The position numbers were made by a program, and so were the translations under genes. Shown here piece after piece: positions 7,987 to 15,951 of a stretch of 24,000 nt of DNA. Below the pieces are notes generated by a model that worked only from the letters and a program-made list of their open reading frames with translations, was not told the origin of the DNA and searched no databases. Source of the stretch: Bacillus phage vB_BanS-Thrax3; the sequence record ON548419.1; one strand, given 5' to 3'. The number at the start of each line of letters is the position of its first letter. Within the stretch, counting starts at the first letter, position 1.

Positions 7987-8073
7987 GGTAGCTTAGTTCG
8001 ACAACACTATATATATCTTTTATGTTTTAATCTTTTAGTATTTTATATATAGTAGTTGTCGATTCTGACTACC
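7987..8073. repeat. Long interrupted inverted repeat in intergenic AT-rich region
   Basis: GGTAG-N6-TCGACAAC-N-CTATATATA ... TATATATAG-N2-GTTGTCGA-N6-CTACC, outer blocks centred at 8030. Confidence 0.8.
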
Positions 8074-8084
8074 ACCTAAAATTT

Positions 8085-8261
8085 TTATTCATGAATCTTT
8101 TCAAATTCAGTACCTCCACAATCTGGGCAAACATCAATTTTCTTCTTTTGTTGATGGTCACAGAAGAAACCGCAATCCGTACAGCAATGGATTTCAATTT
8201 CATTCAATAAACTCCCATTTTTATTTACATCATTTTCATTTGCAAATTCTTGATTATTCAT
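8085..8261 (-). CDS. 58-aa zinc-ribbon microprotein
   Basis: MNNQEFANENDVNKNGSLLNEIEIHCCTDCGFFCDHQQKKKIDVCPDCGGTEFEKIHE* after AAAGGAG; promoter 8302-8330. Confidence 0.75.
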   Translation of the reverse strand: MNNQEFANENDVNKNGSLLNEIEIHCCTDCGFFCDHQQKKKIDVCPDCGGTEFEKIHE

Positions 8262-8301
8262 GTTATAATCTCCTTTATGTTTTGTTTTTGTTTACATTCT
8301 T

Positions 8302-8330
8302 AGTATAGCACTGCTAGTCTCTGCTGTCAA
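8302..8330 (-). promoter_or_regulatory. Promoter TTGACA-17-TATACT with CTGTTGACAG operator
   Basis: TCTGTTGACAGCAGAGACTAGCAGTGCTATACT. Confidence 0.88.
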
Positions 8331-8334
8331 CAGA

Positions 8335-8499
8335 TTATTGATTATTTCTTTTTACTTTTACAGTTAATGATTCACCATCATTATACATTACAACCTTGCC
8401 ATCTTTTGACTCATAAGTGACTTTCTCACCATCAAGTAAGAAACCACGACTTAAAGCATCTAAAGCATTTTGCAACAACGAATCCTTACTGTTATACAT
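8335..8499 (-). CDS. 54-aa hypothetical protein
   Basis: MYNSKDSLLQNALDALSRGFLLDGEKVTYESKDGKVVMYNDGESLTVKVKRNNQ*. Confidence 0.65.
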   Translation of the reverse strand: MYNSKDSLLQNALDALSRGFLLDGEKVTYESKDGKVVMYNDGESLTVKVKRNNQ

Positions 8500-8504
8500 A
8501 TGTT

Positions 8505-8936
8505 TCACGCTCCCACCTTCAATGTGATTATTTCGTTATTATACTCATCCACAGTATCAATTATGTCAAAGTCGTTTAAATACTGTTTATAGTCAACGTA
8601 TTCGTCTGGAATCATAATGCTAGTATCATTTACGATATGACGATACCAAATCCAATCTAATAGTTTATTCTGCTCATGAAACTCCTTACGTGGCTCTGAA
8701 ATGATTAGAAGACCATCCTTCTTTAATAGGCGCTTAAATTCGTTAAATAGCGTTGGCAAATCTTCTTCTGGTATGTGATGAATAACGTTGCGACAATGAA
8801 TCGCTTCAAATGAATGGTCTTTAGCTCCTAAGACCTTGTAGTCCTTTATGTAGTAGTCATAGTTTGGCGTACCGACAAAATCACTTGTTAAATATCCTGC
8901 TTTTGGCTGTCTCCCAGAGCCATAATCTAATTTCAT
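8505..8936 (-). CDS. Class I SAM-dependent methyltransferase
   Basis: LDYGSG motif I; HSFEAIHCRNVIHHIPEEDLPTLFNEFKRLLKKDGLLIISEP. Confidence 0.88.
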   Translation of the reverse strand: MKLDYGSGRQPKAGYLTSDFVGTPNYDYYIKDYKVLGAKDHSFEAIHCRNVIHHIPEEDLPTLFNEFKRLLKKDGLLIISEPRKEFHEQNKLLDWIWYRHIVNDTSIMIPDEYVDYKQYLNDFDIIDTVDEYNNEIITLKVGA

Positions 8937-8950
8937 TCCAGTTCTCCCCT

Positions 8951-9268
8951 TTAATTCATTTTATACGCCTTGCAAATCCAAGGATAATCTTCATCTTCCT
9001 CTTCTTCTGAAAAGAAAAGTTCTAACTCTACTATAAATCCATTCTCCATAGTAACCGTTGCTTCATAATAGTTATCCATCCAACTACAATCGCCTTCATT
9101 AACGTTTACTATTCCACCCCAATCACTAGGCAAAGTGTCAAAAGAATGTTCGATAGCACCTTCATACATCAAGTAATTACCAAATGTATTTTCATGTACC
9201 AATTCTCTCATACTACTCATCTCCCTCTTGTTATAAATCTTGCACTTGTATCCATGTTTCTCAACCAC
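8951..9268 (-). CDS. Hypothetical acidic protein (start probably internal, MSSMREL or MREL)
   Basis: ORF. Confidence 0.65.
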   Translation of the reverse strand: MVEKHGYKCKIYNKREMSSMRELVHENTFGNYLMYEGAIEHSFDTLPSDWGGIVNVNEGDCSWMDNYYEATVTMENGFIVELELFFSEEEEDEDYPWICKAYKMN

Positions 9269-9462
9269 TCTTTAGCCTTCTCAAATGAGCCATCAGACTC
9301 CATTAAAGCCTTTCGGCAATCCAACCTGCTAAATTCACCATTCAGCTCTTCATAAAGGCGTAAAACACTTTGTTTTTGCTGTTTACAACGATGACACAAG
9401 CCATCATTAAGTGTCCATATAACTAACGACATTTCTCTTTCGCAAACCTTGCACTCTTCCAT
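9217..9462 (-). CDS. Zinc-finger plus TS-N/UBA-like small protein
   Basis: CKVCEREMSLVIWTLNDGLCHRCKQQ and LDCRKALMESDGSFEKAKEWLR. Confidence 0.7.
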   Translation of the reverse strand: MEECKVCEREMSLVIWTLNDGLCHRCKQQKQSVLRLYEELNGEFSRLDCRKALMESDGSFEKAKEWLRNMDTSARFITRGR

Positions 9463-9484
9463 GTCGTCACCTCCTTATGTACTC

Positions 9485-9513
9485 ATAATACCATCGTTAT
9501 TATCTGCTGTCAA
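9485..9513 (-). promoter_or_regulatory. Promoter TTGACA-17-TATTAT with CTGTTGACAG operator
   Basis: TTCTGTTGACAGCAGATAATAACGATGGTATTAT. Confidence 0.87.
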
Positions 9514-9532
9514 CAGAATATCGTATAAATTT

Positions 9533-9793
9533 TTATTTCCCACCTCCAAACTTTTGCACATCTCCACTGAATCTATGAAAATTTACGCCCATTTTATTTA
9601 CAATTACAACGTTATTAAACATTTTAACATAATTATATTCTAGTGCTGTCAACTCTTCTTTGTTCTTTGCTTTAAAATGCAAGATATTATCCATATGCGT
9701 TGGGTCGTCATTGTAATAACGCCATTTAACTAATTTTCCATCCTCAATATAAGCCGTTGCCCATTTCATTAAGTCAAATTCTGAAATAATCAT
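9533..9793 (-). CDS. Hypothetical protein
   Basis: ORF. Confidence 0.7.
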   Translation of the reverse strand: MIISEFDLMKWATAYIEDGKLVKWRYYNDDPTHMDNILHFKAKNKEELTALEYNYVKMFNNVVIVNKMGVNFHRFSGDVQKFGGGK

Positions 9794-10131
9794 TTTACTT
9801 CCTCCTTTTTCTTGTATACATCTAATTTTTTTACAACCTGCTCACCATGTGTGCCTGTTTGAATAACAGATACAGATAAACCAACTGGATAACCTTTCTG
9901 TCTAAGAAACTCAAAAATCTCATCTGCCATTTCTGGATTGTGACAATACACAATATCTTCCATGTTTGTAAATGGTACTGGCATACGTAATTCCTCCTTA
10001 ATATCTCTTCTAACTTCAATAGTATTACTTTTACAACAAACTCGGCAATCTTCATGCCAAGTATAATATTTTGTTCCACAATTCGTACATTCCATTCTTC
10101 TTCTAAGAAGTTTTAATAACATCTTAATCAC
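9790..10131 (-). CDS. Zinc-ribbon domain protein
   Basis: CTNCGTKYYTWHEDCRVC. Confidence 0.7.
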   Translation of the reverse strand: MIKMLLKLLRRRMECTNCGTKYYTWHEDCRVCCKSNTIEVRRDIKEELRMPVPFTNMEDIVYCHNPEMADEIFEFLRQKGYPVGLSVSVIQTGTHGEQVVKKLDVYKKKEEVK

Positions 10132-10134
10132 CCT

Positions 10135-10284
10135 TTATACACCGTATTTTACAACACTACGTATTTCATCTAATGCCTTTTGGTCAGCATCCTCACATTC
10201 TTCTAAATCTTTCAACGCTTCTTTTGGAGTATATCCTAATGCAAGAGCTTCTTGAAACGCTTCTATGGTCTCTCTGTAAGTCAT
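10135..10284 (-). CDS. 49-aa hypothetical protein
   Basis: MTYRETIEAFQEALALGYTPKEALKDLEECEDADQKALDEIRSVVKYGV*. Confidence 0.65.
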   Translation of the reverse strand: MTYRETIEAFQEALALGYTPKEALKDLEECEDADQKALDEIRSVVKYGV

Positions 10285-10285
10285 A

Positions 10286-10636
10286 TTAAGCAAACCTCAC
10301 TTTAATCTCATCTTGTGTTTGCACTGTTACAATAAAGTTTTGAGTAGAGTTTTTATCTAAATCCATAAATTTACCAAGTTCATAGTGAAACTTTTCCTCA
10401 TCCATATTGATTTCAAAGATAATCCATTCATATTCTTCAAACCAACCTGTTTTATAGATATCTATTGCACTTTCAGCCGAACATCTAGAGCATATGAAGT
10501 GTTCTACGCCTTTTGGCACAACCATTCCTCTTACTCCAACAGTATCTATTATAACAACGTTTCTATTTTGTAATCTATTATTTATAAGGTCTTCTAATAC
10601 CTTTGATTTTCCTTCTTTACCTTCAATGATTATCAT
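10286..10636 (-). CDS. Small P-loop/Rossmann-like hypothetical protein
   Basis: MIIIEGKEGKSKVLEDL...NVVIIDT...YEWIIFEI alternation. Confidence 0.6.
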   Translation of the reverse strand: MIIIEGKEGKSKVLEDLINNRLQNRNVVIIDTVGVRGMVVPKGVEHFICSRCSAESAIDIYKTGWFEEYEWIIFEINMDEEKFHYELGKFMDLDKNSTQNFIVTVQTQDEIKVRFA

Positions 10637-10672
10637 ACTACCATCTCCTTTAATAATTTGTAGATTTCGTTT

Positions 10673-10870
10673 TTACTCGCTTACAATCTCGCATTTATGA
10701 AAGACGTTAACTAGCACTTCTTGACCAGTATCTCCATCTACAACAACCTTTTGCGTAAATGGGTTTACAATAACTTCAAATGTTAAATTTTCAATTAATA
10801 CCTCATCGCAAATCTGAATCATTTTACCTTTTATATCTCTAAACCCTGTTGGTTTACCGCAATCTTTCAT
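10673..10870 (-). CDS. Hypothetical protein
   Basis: ORF with AGGGG SD. Confidence 0.65.
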   Translation of the reverse strand: MKDCGKPTGFRDIKGKMIQICDEVLIENLTFEVIVNPFTQKVVVDGDTGQEVLVNVFHKCEIVSE

Positions 10871-10880
10871 ATTATCACCC

Positions 10881-11081
10881 CTATAAAATTGAGTTTTTAT
10901 TAAATTCCTCTTGCATAATCTGTTCTAATCTGGCATACCTCAAACCATCTCCAAAAGATGTCACACTACCAACTACTGCAAATAGTTCAAGGTAATCTTG
11001 TGTGCTTTTTTCAGATTGTTGAAATTTTACAAATGCTTCTCTGAATTTGTCTTCCTTCGTCAATCTTTTCTTTTTAGCCAT
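10881..11081 (-). CDS. Hypothetical protein
   Basis: ORF with GAGGTG SD. Confidence 0.65.
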   Translation of the reverse strand: MAKKKRLTKEDKFREAFVKFQQSEKSTQDYLELFAVVGSVTSFGDGLRYARLEQIMQEEFNKNSIL

Positions 11082-11106
11082 ATTATCACCTCATAAAAGT
11101 AAACTT

Positions 11107-11217
11107 TTATTTATAAAGTACAACAACTGCTAATATACCTGTTATCAATCCAATTGCCCAACCATGCCAAAAGTGTTTTGCCTTTTCTCTGTAGTTCACA
11201 ATATCAATCCTATCCAT
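11107..11217 (-). CDS. 36-aa membrane microprotein
   Basis: MDRIDIVNYREKAKHFWHGWAIGLITGILAVVVLYK*. Confidence 0.55.
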   Translation of the reverse strand: MDRIDIVNYREKAKHFWHGWAIGLITGILAVVVLYK

Positions 11218-11396
11218 TTTAATAATTGGCTAATCATTCCCATCTGTGAAGAGATAAAGAATGTAAACCATATTAACACTACAAGCTTCTCCTTTAAGCT
11301 AAGAATCTTTTCTTTATCTATTCCGCTATTCTTCGCAAACTTTACACCGATATATACGCAAACTATGTATACTATTAAACTTATAAGGAATATCAT
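11196..11396 (-). CDS. Small membrane protein
   Basis: start MIFLISLIVYIV after GAGGA, ATGATATG junction. Confidence 0.65.
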   Translation of the reverse strand: MIFLISLIVYIVCVYIGVKFAKNSGIDKEKILSLKEKLVVLIWFTFFISSQMGMISQLLKWIGLIL

Positions 11397-11397
11397 A

Positions 11398-11655
11398 TCA
11401 TTTGTCCTCTGGGTCGTATTCAAGTTCAATCTTGACTTTCACACCATCGCCTACATACAATCCACCTGCTTGCGCTACATCCCAGATTCCTTTTGCTAGT
11501 TGTTCTGTAAGTATTTGGATATGTTCCTCTGTTGGTTTAATAGGCGTAAACTGACCATCGTGAGACATTTCTTTAAGCATCTTATTATAATTATCACACT
11601 GTTTTTTTCCTTGTATTGGTACATTGTAATCTATAACCTTTTTCCATGTATCCAT
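11398..11655 (-). CDS. Hypothetical protein
   Basis: ORF with SD. Confidence 0.7.
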   Translation of the reverse strand: MDTWKKVIDYNVPIQGKKQCDNYNKMLKEMSHDGQFTPIKPTEEHIQILTEQLAKGIWDVAQAGGLYVGDGVKVKIELEYDPEDK

Positions 11656-11656
11656 A

Positions 11657-11881
11657 TTAATTTCCTCCTACTAATTCTTTGATTTTTAAAATTTGCTCTT
11701 TTGTATAACTTCTTGAATCCCTTAAATTTAACGAACCGCTCATGCTTTTATATACAGGAAGACCAACCTTCTTGAGCTTCCTGTATACTTCTTCGCTTAA
11801 CCCATACGTTTCAGAGATTCTATATTTTCCGCTCATCGCCTTATAAACTTGAAACTTCATAATATCATCTCCATTAATCAA
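11657..11881 (-). CDS. Hypothetical protein (start probably MKFQVYK at 11860)
   Basis: ORF. Confidence 0.65.
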   Translation of the reverse strand: MINGDDIMKFQVYKAMSGKYRISETYGLSEEVYRKLKKVGLPVYKSMSGSLNLRDSRSYTKEQILKIKELVGGN

Positions 11882-11883
11882 AT

Positions 11884-12056
11884 TTGAAAATTTGTTTCAC
11901 TTCAATTCTGTCAACTTCACCTTTCCAAAGACCCTCTGCATATGATTTTGCAACATATAGATTAGGCATCATCGTTCTAAATCCTTGTTTATTTACAATT
12001 GAAACCTCCACCTCTTTAATTTCCATACCTAATATAATCATCTTGTCTTTTTCCAT
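11884..12056 (-). CDS. Hypothetical protein
   Basis: ORF with AAGGAG SD; stop position approximate from track. Confidence 0.65.
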
Positions 12057-12092
12057 ACTATCATCTCCTTTTTAAAAGTAAAATTTTATCTA

Positions 12093-12266
12093 TTAAAACA
12101 GCATCCCTAAACATTTATTGTCATCTGTGTATAAGTAGTAAAACATTTCTCCACCATTGTCTGCTACAACACTTATTTTATTGCCATTTTCCAGAAACAA
12201 AATCAATCCTAAATCATCTACATTCTCTACTTTTACAACATTTTTAAGATGTTCTTTTAAATTCAT
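12093..12266 (-). CDS. 57-aa hypothetical protein
   Basis: MNLKEHLKNVVKVENVDDLGLILFLENGNKISVVADNGGEMFYYLYTDDNKCLGMLF* after AAGGAG. Confidence 0.7.
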   Translation of the reverse strand: MNLKEHLKNVVKVENVDDLGLILFLENGNKISVVADNGGEMFYYLYTDDNKCLGMLF

Positions 12267-12312
12267 ATTATCATCTCCTTGTTAAAATTAAGATTTTATT
12301 AACTATAATCCT

Positions 12313-12341
12313 ATTATAAACCCTTAATTCTCTGCTGTCAA
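12313..12341 (-). promoter_or_regulatory. Promoter TTGACA-17-TATAAT with CTGTTGACAG operator
   Basis: TCTGTTGACAGCAGAGAATTAAGGGTTTATAAT. Confidence 0.9.
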
Positions 12342-12346
12342 CAGAT

Positions 12347-12577
12347 TTATAAACTTAATTTATCTACATGACCACATCGTGTACATGCAATACTGATTTC
12401 ATTTGGATTTGCTGGCTTCGCTTCAAAGTATCCCATATGATGACGATTGATAGTTTCTGCAAATAGCATAATATCTGCAATCTTGTCACGCTTTAAAGCG
12501 AAGTTGGAATGCGTAATACACATCCCACATTTGATTGTCATAGTAATATCTAACGCACCGCCTAAACTGTTATTCAT
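12347..12577 (-). CDS. Zinc-ribbon-like protein
   Basis: CGMC...CTRCG. Confidence 0.7.
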   Translation of the reverse strand: MNNSLGGALDITMTIKCGMCITHSNFALKRDKIADIMLFAETINRHHMGYFEAKPANPNEISIACTRCGHVDKLSL

Positions 12578-12894
12578 TACTTCTCATCCTCCTTGTAATG
12601 GTCATATGCATTCAATGTGTGAAACTCTACTTCTAACTGACTCAATCTGTGCTGTGCTTGGATTAAGTTAGGCATAACCATATTTACAGTATTACTATGA
12701 ATATCATACACGCCACGATTCAAAATCGTTCTAAGCAATGAGTCAATCTGCTCTTGCGTATCACTAATTTGTAATTTCAAAACCTCTTTACGATTTTCCA
12801 ATAGGCTTTTAGCTTTCATCCTACTCATCCTCCCTAACTTCTGTAATTGTGAAATCTCCATATAGATTACTATCCAAATGAAACACTCTACCAT
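12577..12894 (-). CDS. Hypothetical coiled-coil protein (real start probably MSRMKAKS/MKAKS)
   Basis: ORF; AGGGAGG SD just upstream of internal start. Confidence 0.65.
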   Translation of the reverse strand: MVECFIWIVIYMEISQLQKLGRMSRMKAKSLLENRKEVLKLQISDTQEQIDSLLRTILNRGVYDIHSNTVNMVMPNLIQAQHRLSQLEVEFHTLNAYDHYKEDEK

Positions 12895-12979
12895 CCTTCA
12901 TAACGATATCTACACCTTCAATGCTGTCACCTTTGACCTCTTTAATTTTGTCTCCTTCAATGTTTAATACAATCTTCAT
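12821..12979 (-). CDS. 52-aa hypothetical protein
   Basis: MKIVLNIEGDKIKEVKGDSIEGVDIVMKDGRVFHLDSNLYGDFTITEVREDE* after AAAGGAG. Confidence 0.65.
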   Translation of the reverse strand: MKIVLNIEGDKIKEVKGDSIEGVDIVMKDGRVFHLDSNLYGDFTITEVREDE

Positions 12980-13161
12980 GTTATCTTTACTCCTTTATAA
13001 AAATACTCCATTTTAATCTCTGTAATCATACCTGCCATTGGACTATCCATAATATCTGCAAGCTGTTTTAACGCATCTGATTGGTCATCTGTTTCAATTT
13101 CTATTCTTTCAGAAAATATAGAGCCAAATACTTTTATTTCAAATTTATATACTCTTTCCAT
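12976..13161 (-). CDS. Hypothetical protein
   Basis: ORF with AAAGGAGG SD. Confidence 0.65.
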   Translation of the reverse strand: MERVYKFEIKVFGSIFSERIEIETDDQSDALKQLADIMDSPMAGMITEIKMEYFYKGVKIT

Positions 13162-13194
13162 AGAAATTCCTCCTTTTTAAAATCAGACTTTTAT

Positions 13195-13284
13195 TCAGTC
13201 TTCATCATCATAATCTCCACAACTACACACTTCGCTAGGTCTTCCGCATTTTGTACAGCTATAGTCATCTAATTCATCCCACAT
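13195..13284 (-). CDS. 29-aa acidic zinc-knuckle microprotein
   Basis: MWDELDDYSCTKCGRPSEVCSCGDYDDED* after AAGGAGGG. Confidence 0.6.
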   Translation of the reverse strand: MWDELDDYSCTKCGRPSEVCSCGDYDDED

Positions 13285-13318
13285 AATGCAACCCTCCTTC
13301 CAAGATAAAATGAGAATA

Positions 13319-13540
13319 TTATCCAACTGTAATCTTGTATCCGTCAACCTCTGATATCTCTTGTACTTTGAAGTATGGAGGTAAATCTCCTTCATATCTT
13401 CCGATATACTCTTCATTTAACCATTTTTCAGCTTCTCTATTAGCTTCTTCCTCATCCTTTAATACAACAAGCTTTCTATCTTCTAATAGTTCCTCACAAT
13501 ATTCACTACCATTATTAATATAAAGTTCAAATAATTTCAT
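13319..13540 (-). CDS. Hypothetical protein
   Basis: ORF with AAGGAGG SD. Confidence 0.7.
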   Translation of the reverse strand: MKLFELYINNGSEYCEELLEDRKLVVLKDEEEANREAEKWLNEEYIGRYEGDLPPYFKVQEISEVDGYKITVG

Positions 13541-13579
13541 TCCAATTCCTCCTTATTGTATAAAACTCTTATTTTAAAA

Positions 13580-13783
13580 TTAATCAATCTTTGCAATGAA
13601 GTATGTAAGTGCAACTGCTACAGCCAATGGAACTATAGTTATGGCAATTGCAGATGGCATTGTTGATATCATATCCCATTTCAATGCGAATAATATGTTG
13701 CCTACACCCATGCTTGAAATTAAAGTACATATTGCCCAAACCATTACATATCCTAAGAATTTACCTGCATTCATTTGCTCCAC
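13580..13783 (-). CDS. Small two-TM membrane protein
   Basis: hydrophobic segments. Confidence 0.65.
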   Translation of the reverse strand: MEQMNAGKFLGYVMVWAICTLISSMGVGNILFALKWDMISTMPSAIAITIVPLAVAVALTYFIAKID

Positions 13784-13805
13784 CTCTCTTAACTGCCTTT
13801 ATCTT

Positions 13806-13846
13806 ATCACATCTAGAATCTGTTGACAGCAGATTCTAGATGTGAT
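13806..13846. repeat. Perfect 17-bp-arm palindrome with TTGACAG loop
   Basis: ATCACATCTAGAATCTG-TTGACAG-CAGATTCTAGATGTGAT. Confidence 0.95.
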
Positions 13847-13871
13847 TTTCATTTCCCTCTGCCAAATTTTA

Positions 13872-14123
13872 TCAATAGTAGTCAATGTTGAATTCTTGAT
13901 GTACAATAACGGCTTTCTTAATTCTTTCTACTGTTCCAAACTTTTTATATAAAACGAAATCCTCTGTCTCTCCTGTGATTTCTGCATCGAATATTGGAAA
14001 TGTATCGCCACTATCTACATCTACGAATGATAAATTGTATTTAATTCCTACTTCCAATTCAAAATTTCCATGAATATTTTCAAATTTAATCATATTTAGT
14101 TCCTCCTTAGTTGTATGTGTCAA
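13872..14123 (-). CDS. Hypothetical protein (start probably MIKFENIHGNFE)
   Basis: ORF. Confidence 0.65.
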   Translation of the reverse strand: MTHTTKEELNMIKFENIHGNFELEVGIKYNLSFVDVDSGDTFPIFDAEITGETEDFVLYKKFGTVERIKKAVIVHQEFNIDYY

Positions 14124-14454
14124 TCGTTAATGTCAATGTTTTGTTTTCAAAATCAATTTCATATGTGCTATAGCAAACCTCTTCTGTCAAATGATTATCA
14201 ATAACGAAGTTCGCTCCTAACTCTCCATCCGAATATTCTCTTACAGATTGGATGTAATCCTGTCTGATATATTTTTCATCTTGCGTTGTATCTAAGTCTC
14301 CTAGTGAGATATTTCCGCAAACCGCAACTAAATCTTCGTAACTAGTTTCTAATTGCTCATCATTAATGATTACGACTCCCTTGCGAATTTCTTCAACCTT
14401 ATCTCCAATACGAACTTTAATCTCATTTCCACCGATTAAATGTGCTACTATCAT
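14107..14454 (-). CDS. Hypothetical protein
   Basis: ORF. Confidence 0.7.
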   Translation of the reverse strand: MIVAHLIGGNEIKVRIGDKVEEIRKGVVIINDEQLETSYEDLVAVCGNISLGDLDTTQDEKYIRQDYIQSVREYSDGELGANFVIDNHLTEEVCYSTYEIDFENKTLTLTIDTYN

Positions 14455-14502
14455 TTGTCATTTCCCCTTTTCATTTATAATTTGTTTTTCTTAACTATCT
14501 TT

Positions 14503-14531
14503 ATTGTACTACTATTATACTCTGCTGTCAA
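14503..14531 (-). promoter_or_regulatory. Promoter TTGACA-17-TACAAT with CTGTTGACAG operator
   Basis: TCTGTTGACAGCAGAGTATAATAGTAGTACAAT. Confidence 0.85.
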
Positions 14532-14551
14532 CAGACTTATGAATAAAATTT

Positions 14552-14884
14552 TTATTTTCCTAGCAATCCTTTATTGTGCAGGTCTTTCTTGTGTTCTCGG
14601 TGCTTCTTCATATATTCTCTATGCTTTTCTTTGCTGTAATAAGCACCTTCTTTTTGTTTCTCTGCTAAACGCTTCTTAGCTAATTCCTTGCGTTCTGGAA
14701 ACAATGTGAACTGTATTAATCGTTTGCTCACTTTATACTTTCTAGCCAATGCATTGATGCTGATTGACCCAGATTCGTATTCACTCTTGATTTGTTCTTT
14801 ATCAGCAACAGTTAACTTAACTCGTTTGTCAAGCTTCTCGTTGTTGATAGCTACTTTATCTAATTTTGATGGCATTTCAATCAC
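14552..14884 (-). CDS. Helix-turn-helix DNA-binding protein
   Basis: VKLTVADKEQIKSEYESGSISINALARKYKVSKRLIQFTLFP. Confidence 0.8.
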   Translation of the reverse strand: MIEMPSKLDKVAINNEKLDKRVKLTVADKEQIKSEYESGSISINALARKYKVSKRLIQFTLFPERKELAKKRLAEKQKEGAYYSKEKHREYMKKHREHKKDLHNKGLLGK

Positions 14885-14904
14885 CTCATATTGTTGTTAT
14901 ATCC

Positions 14905-14933
14905 AATATACATCACCTCTATTCGTCTGTCAA
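14905..14933 (-). promoter_or_regulatory. Promoter TTGACA-17-TATATT with CTGTTGACAG operator
   Basis: TCTGTTGACAGACGAATAGAGGTGATGTATATT. Confidence 0.87.
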
Positions 14934-14947
14934 CAGATTTCTATAAA

Positions 14948-15142
14948 TTATTTCCACACCTTTCTTGGAGTAATGTAAGCTTTTGTAAATACACTCCAAC
15001 TATAATTATTTCTCACAAATAGCCCTTGCTTTGGAGTGAAACCATTATCTTTTAAGTAAATTTTTGCATCATCATAACTTTCAAATATGTATTCGCACGT
15101 CCATTGATTATGTGTTTGATTCTCAAATGTAATAGTAAACAT
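14948..15142 (-). CDS. Hypothetical protein
   Basis: ORF. Confidence 0.65.
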   Translation of the reverse strand: MFTITFENQTHNQWTCEYIFESYDDAKIYLKDNGFTPKQGLFVRNNYSWSVFTKAYITPRKVWK

Positions 15143-15156
15143 TGTATCACTCCTTA

Positions 15157-15375
15157 TTATAATCTAGCTATATCTAAATAGCTATCATAATCTTTATTAT
15201 CATTCTTCTTTTGCCATTTCTTGAAGTTTTTGGCATCTAGCTTTTCAAATCTATTATTGCTAAGTACACCATAAAGGTACAACCATCTTATAGCTCTGCC
15301 AAATTCCGCAGAGCCGTTCACTCTCCACCATAATTGCATATATGTCAGCATTAATACCTCTCCCCATGAGTCCAT
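15157..15375 (-). CDS. Hypothetical protein
   Basis: ORF. Confidence 0.6.
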   Translation of the reverse strand: MDSWGEVLMLTYMQLWWRVNGSAEFGRAIRWLYLYGVLSNNRFEKLDAKNFKKWQKKNDNKDYDSYLDIARL

Positions 15376-15551
15376 ATATTTAACAATCTATAAACCTCTT
15401 CATTTAAAGGTATCTTTTCAGATGTAACAGAATGACCATCATTCATTAGATTATCTCTTTCTTCCCATGCCCTTGTTTGACTTGTGAAAGCACCTGCAAC
15501 TGTAACACGCTCATCATCATCTTTGATAAACACTAAGTAAACGTATTTCAT
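15351..15551 (-). CDS. Hypothetical protein
   Basis: ORF with GGAGG SD. Confidence 0.65.
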   Translation of the reverse strand: MKYVYLVFIKDDDERVTVAGAFTSQTRAWEERDNLMNDGHSVTSEKIPLNEEVYRLLNIWTHGERY

Positions 15552-15567
15552 AAGTGTTCCTCCTTCA

Positions 15568-15714
15568 TTATCTCATCCATATTTTATCTAACAATTTCAT
15601 AAATAGTCCTATCGGAATAAGTACAAATGTACAAAGAAACATTCCCAACAAATACTTCCAAGTATCTTCATAGTTTTCTCTTTTATAGAAATCACGTACA
15701 CGCATTCCAATCAT
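15568..15714 (-). CDS. 48-aa membrane microprotein
   Basis: MIGMRVRDFYKRENYEDTWKYLLGMFLCTFVLIPIGLFMKLLDKIWMR* after AGGAGG. Confidence 0.6.
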   Translation of the reverse strand: MIGMRVRDFYKRENYEDTWKYLLGMFLCTFVLIPIGLFMKLLDKIWMR

Positions 15715-15729
15715 AAGCAATCCTCCTTA

Positions 15730-15924
15730 TCATTTCCACTTCATTTTTTCATCCCATTTTACATCTTGCATTCTGCATTTAGCTTTTTCCATCCTGTTTG
15801 CAAGATTAATAAGTCTTGTATATTTCTCATCAGTAGGCTCTGGATAGTCAGTTACGCCCCATTCAATCAATTCTAAGATGTCTATGACCGTTTGCTCATC
15901 AAGTTTCATTATAGTTCTTTTCAT
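15730..15924 (-). CDS. Hypothetical protein
   Basis: ORF. Confidence 0.65.
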   Translation of the reverse strand: MKRTIMKLDEQTVIDILELIEWGVTDYPEPTDEKYTRLINLANRMEKAKCRMQDVKWDEKMKWK

Positions 15925-15951
15925 GATATCACCCCTGTATCAAACTAAAAT

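Noticed and set aside
9647-9652. TTGACAGC inside 9533..9793
   Set aside because: No acceptable -10 at 16-18 bp and explained by coding sequence EELTALEYN.
10286-10636. Walker A call for GKEGKSK
   Set aside because: Motif is two residues short of GxxxxGK[S/T]; only general P-loop-like strand pattern retained.
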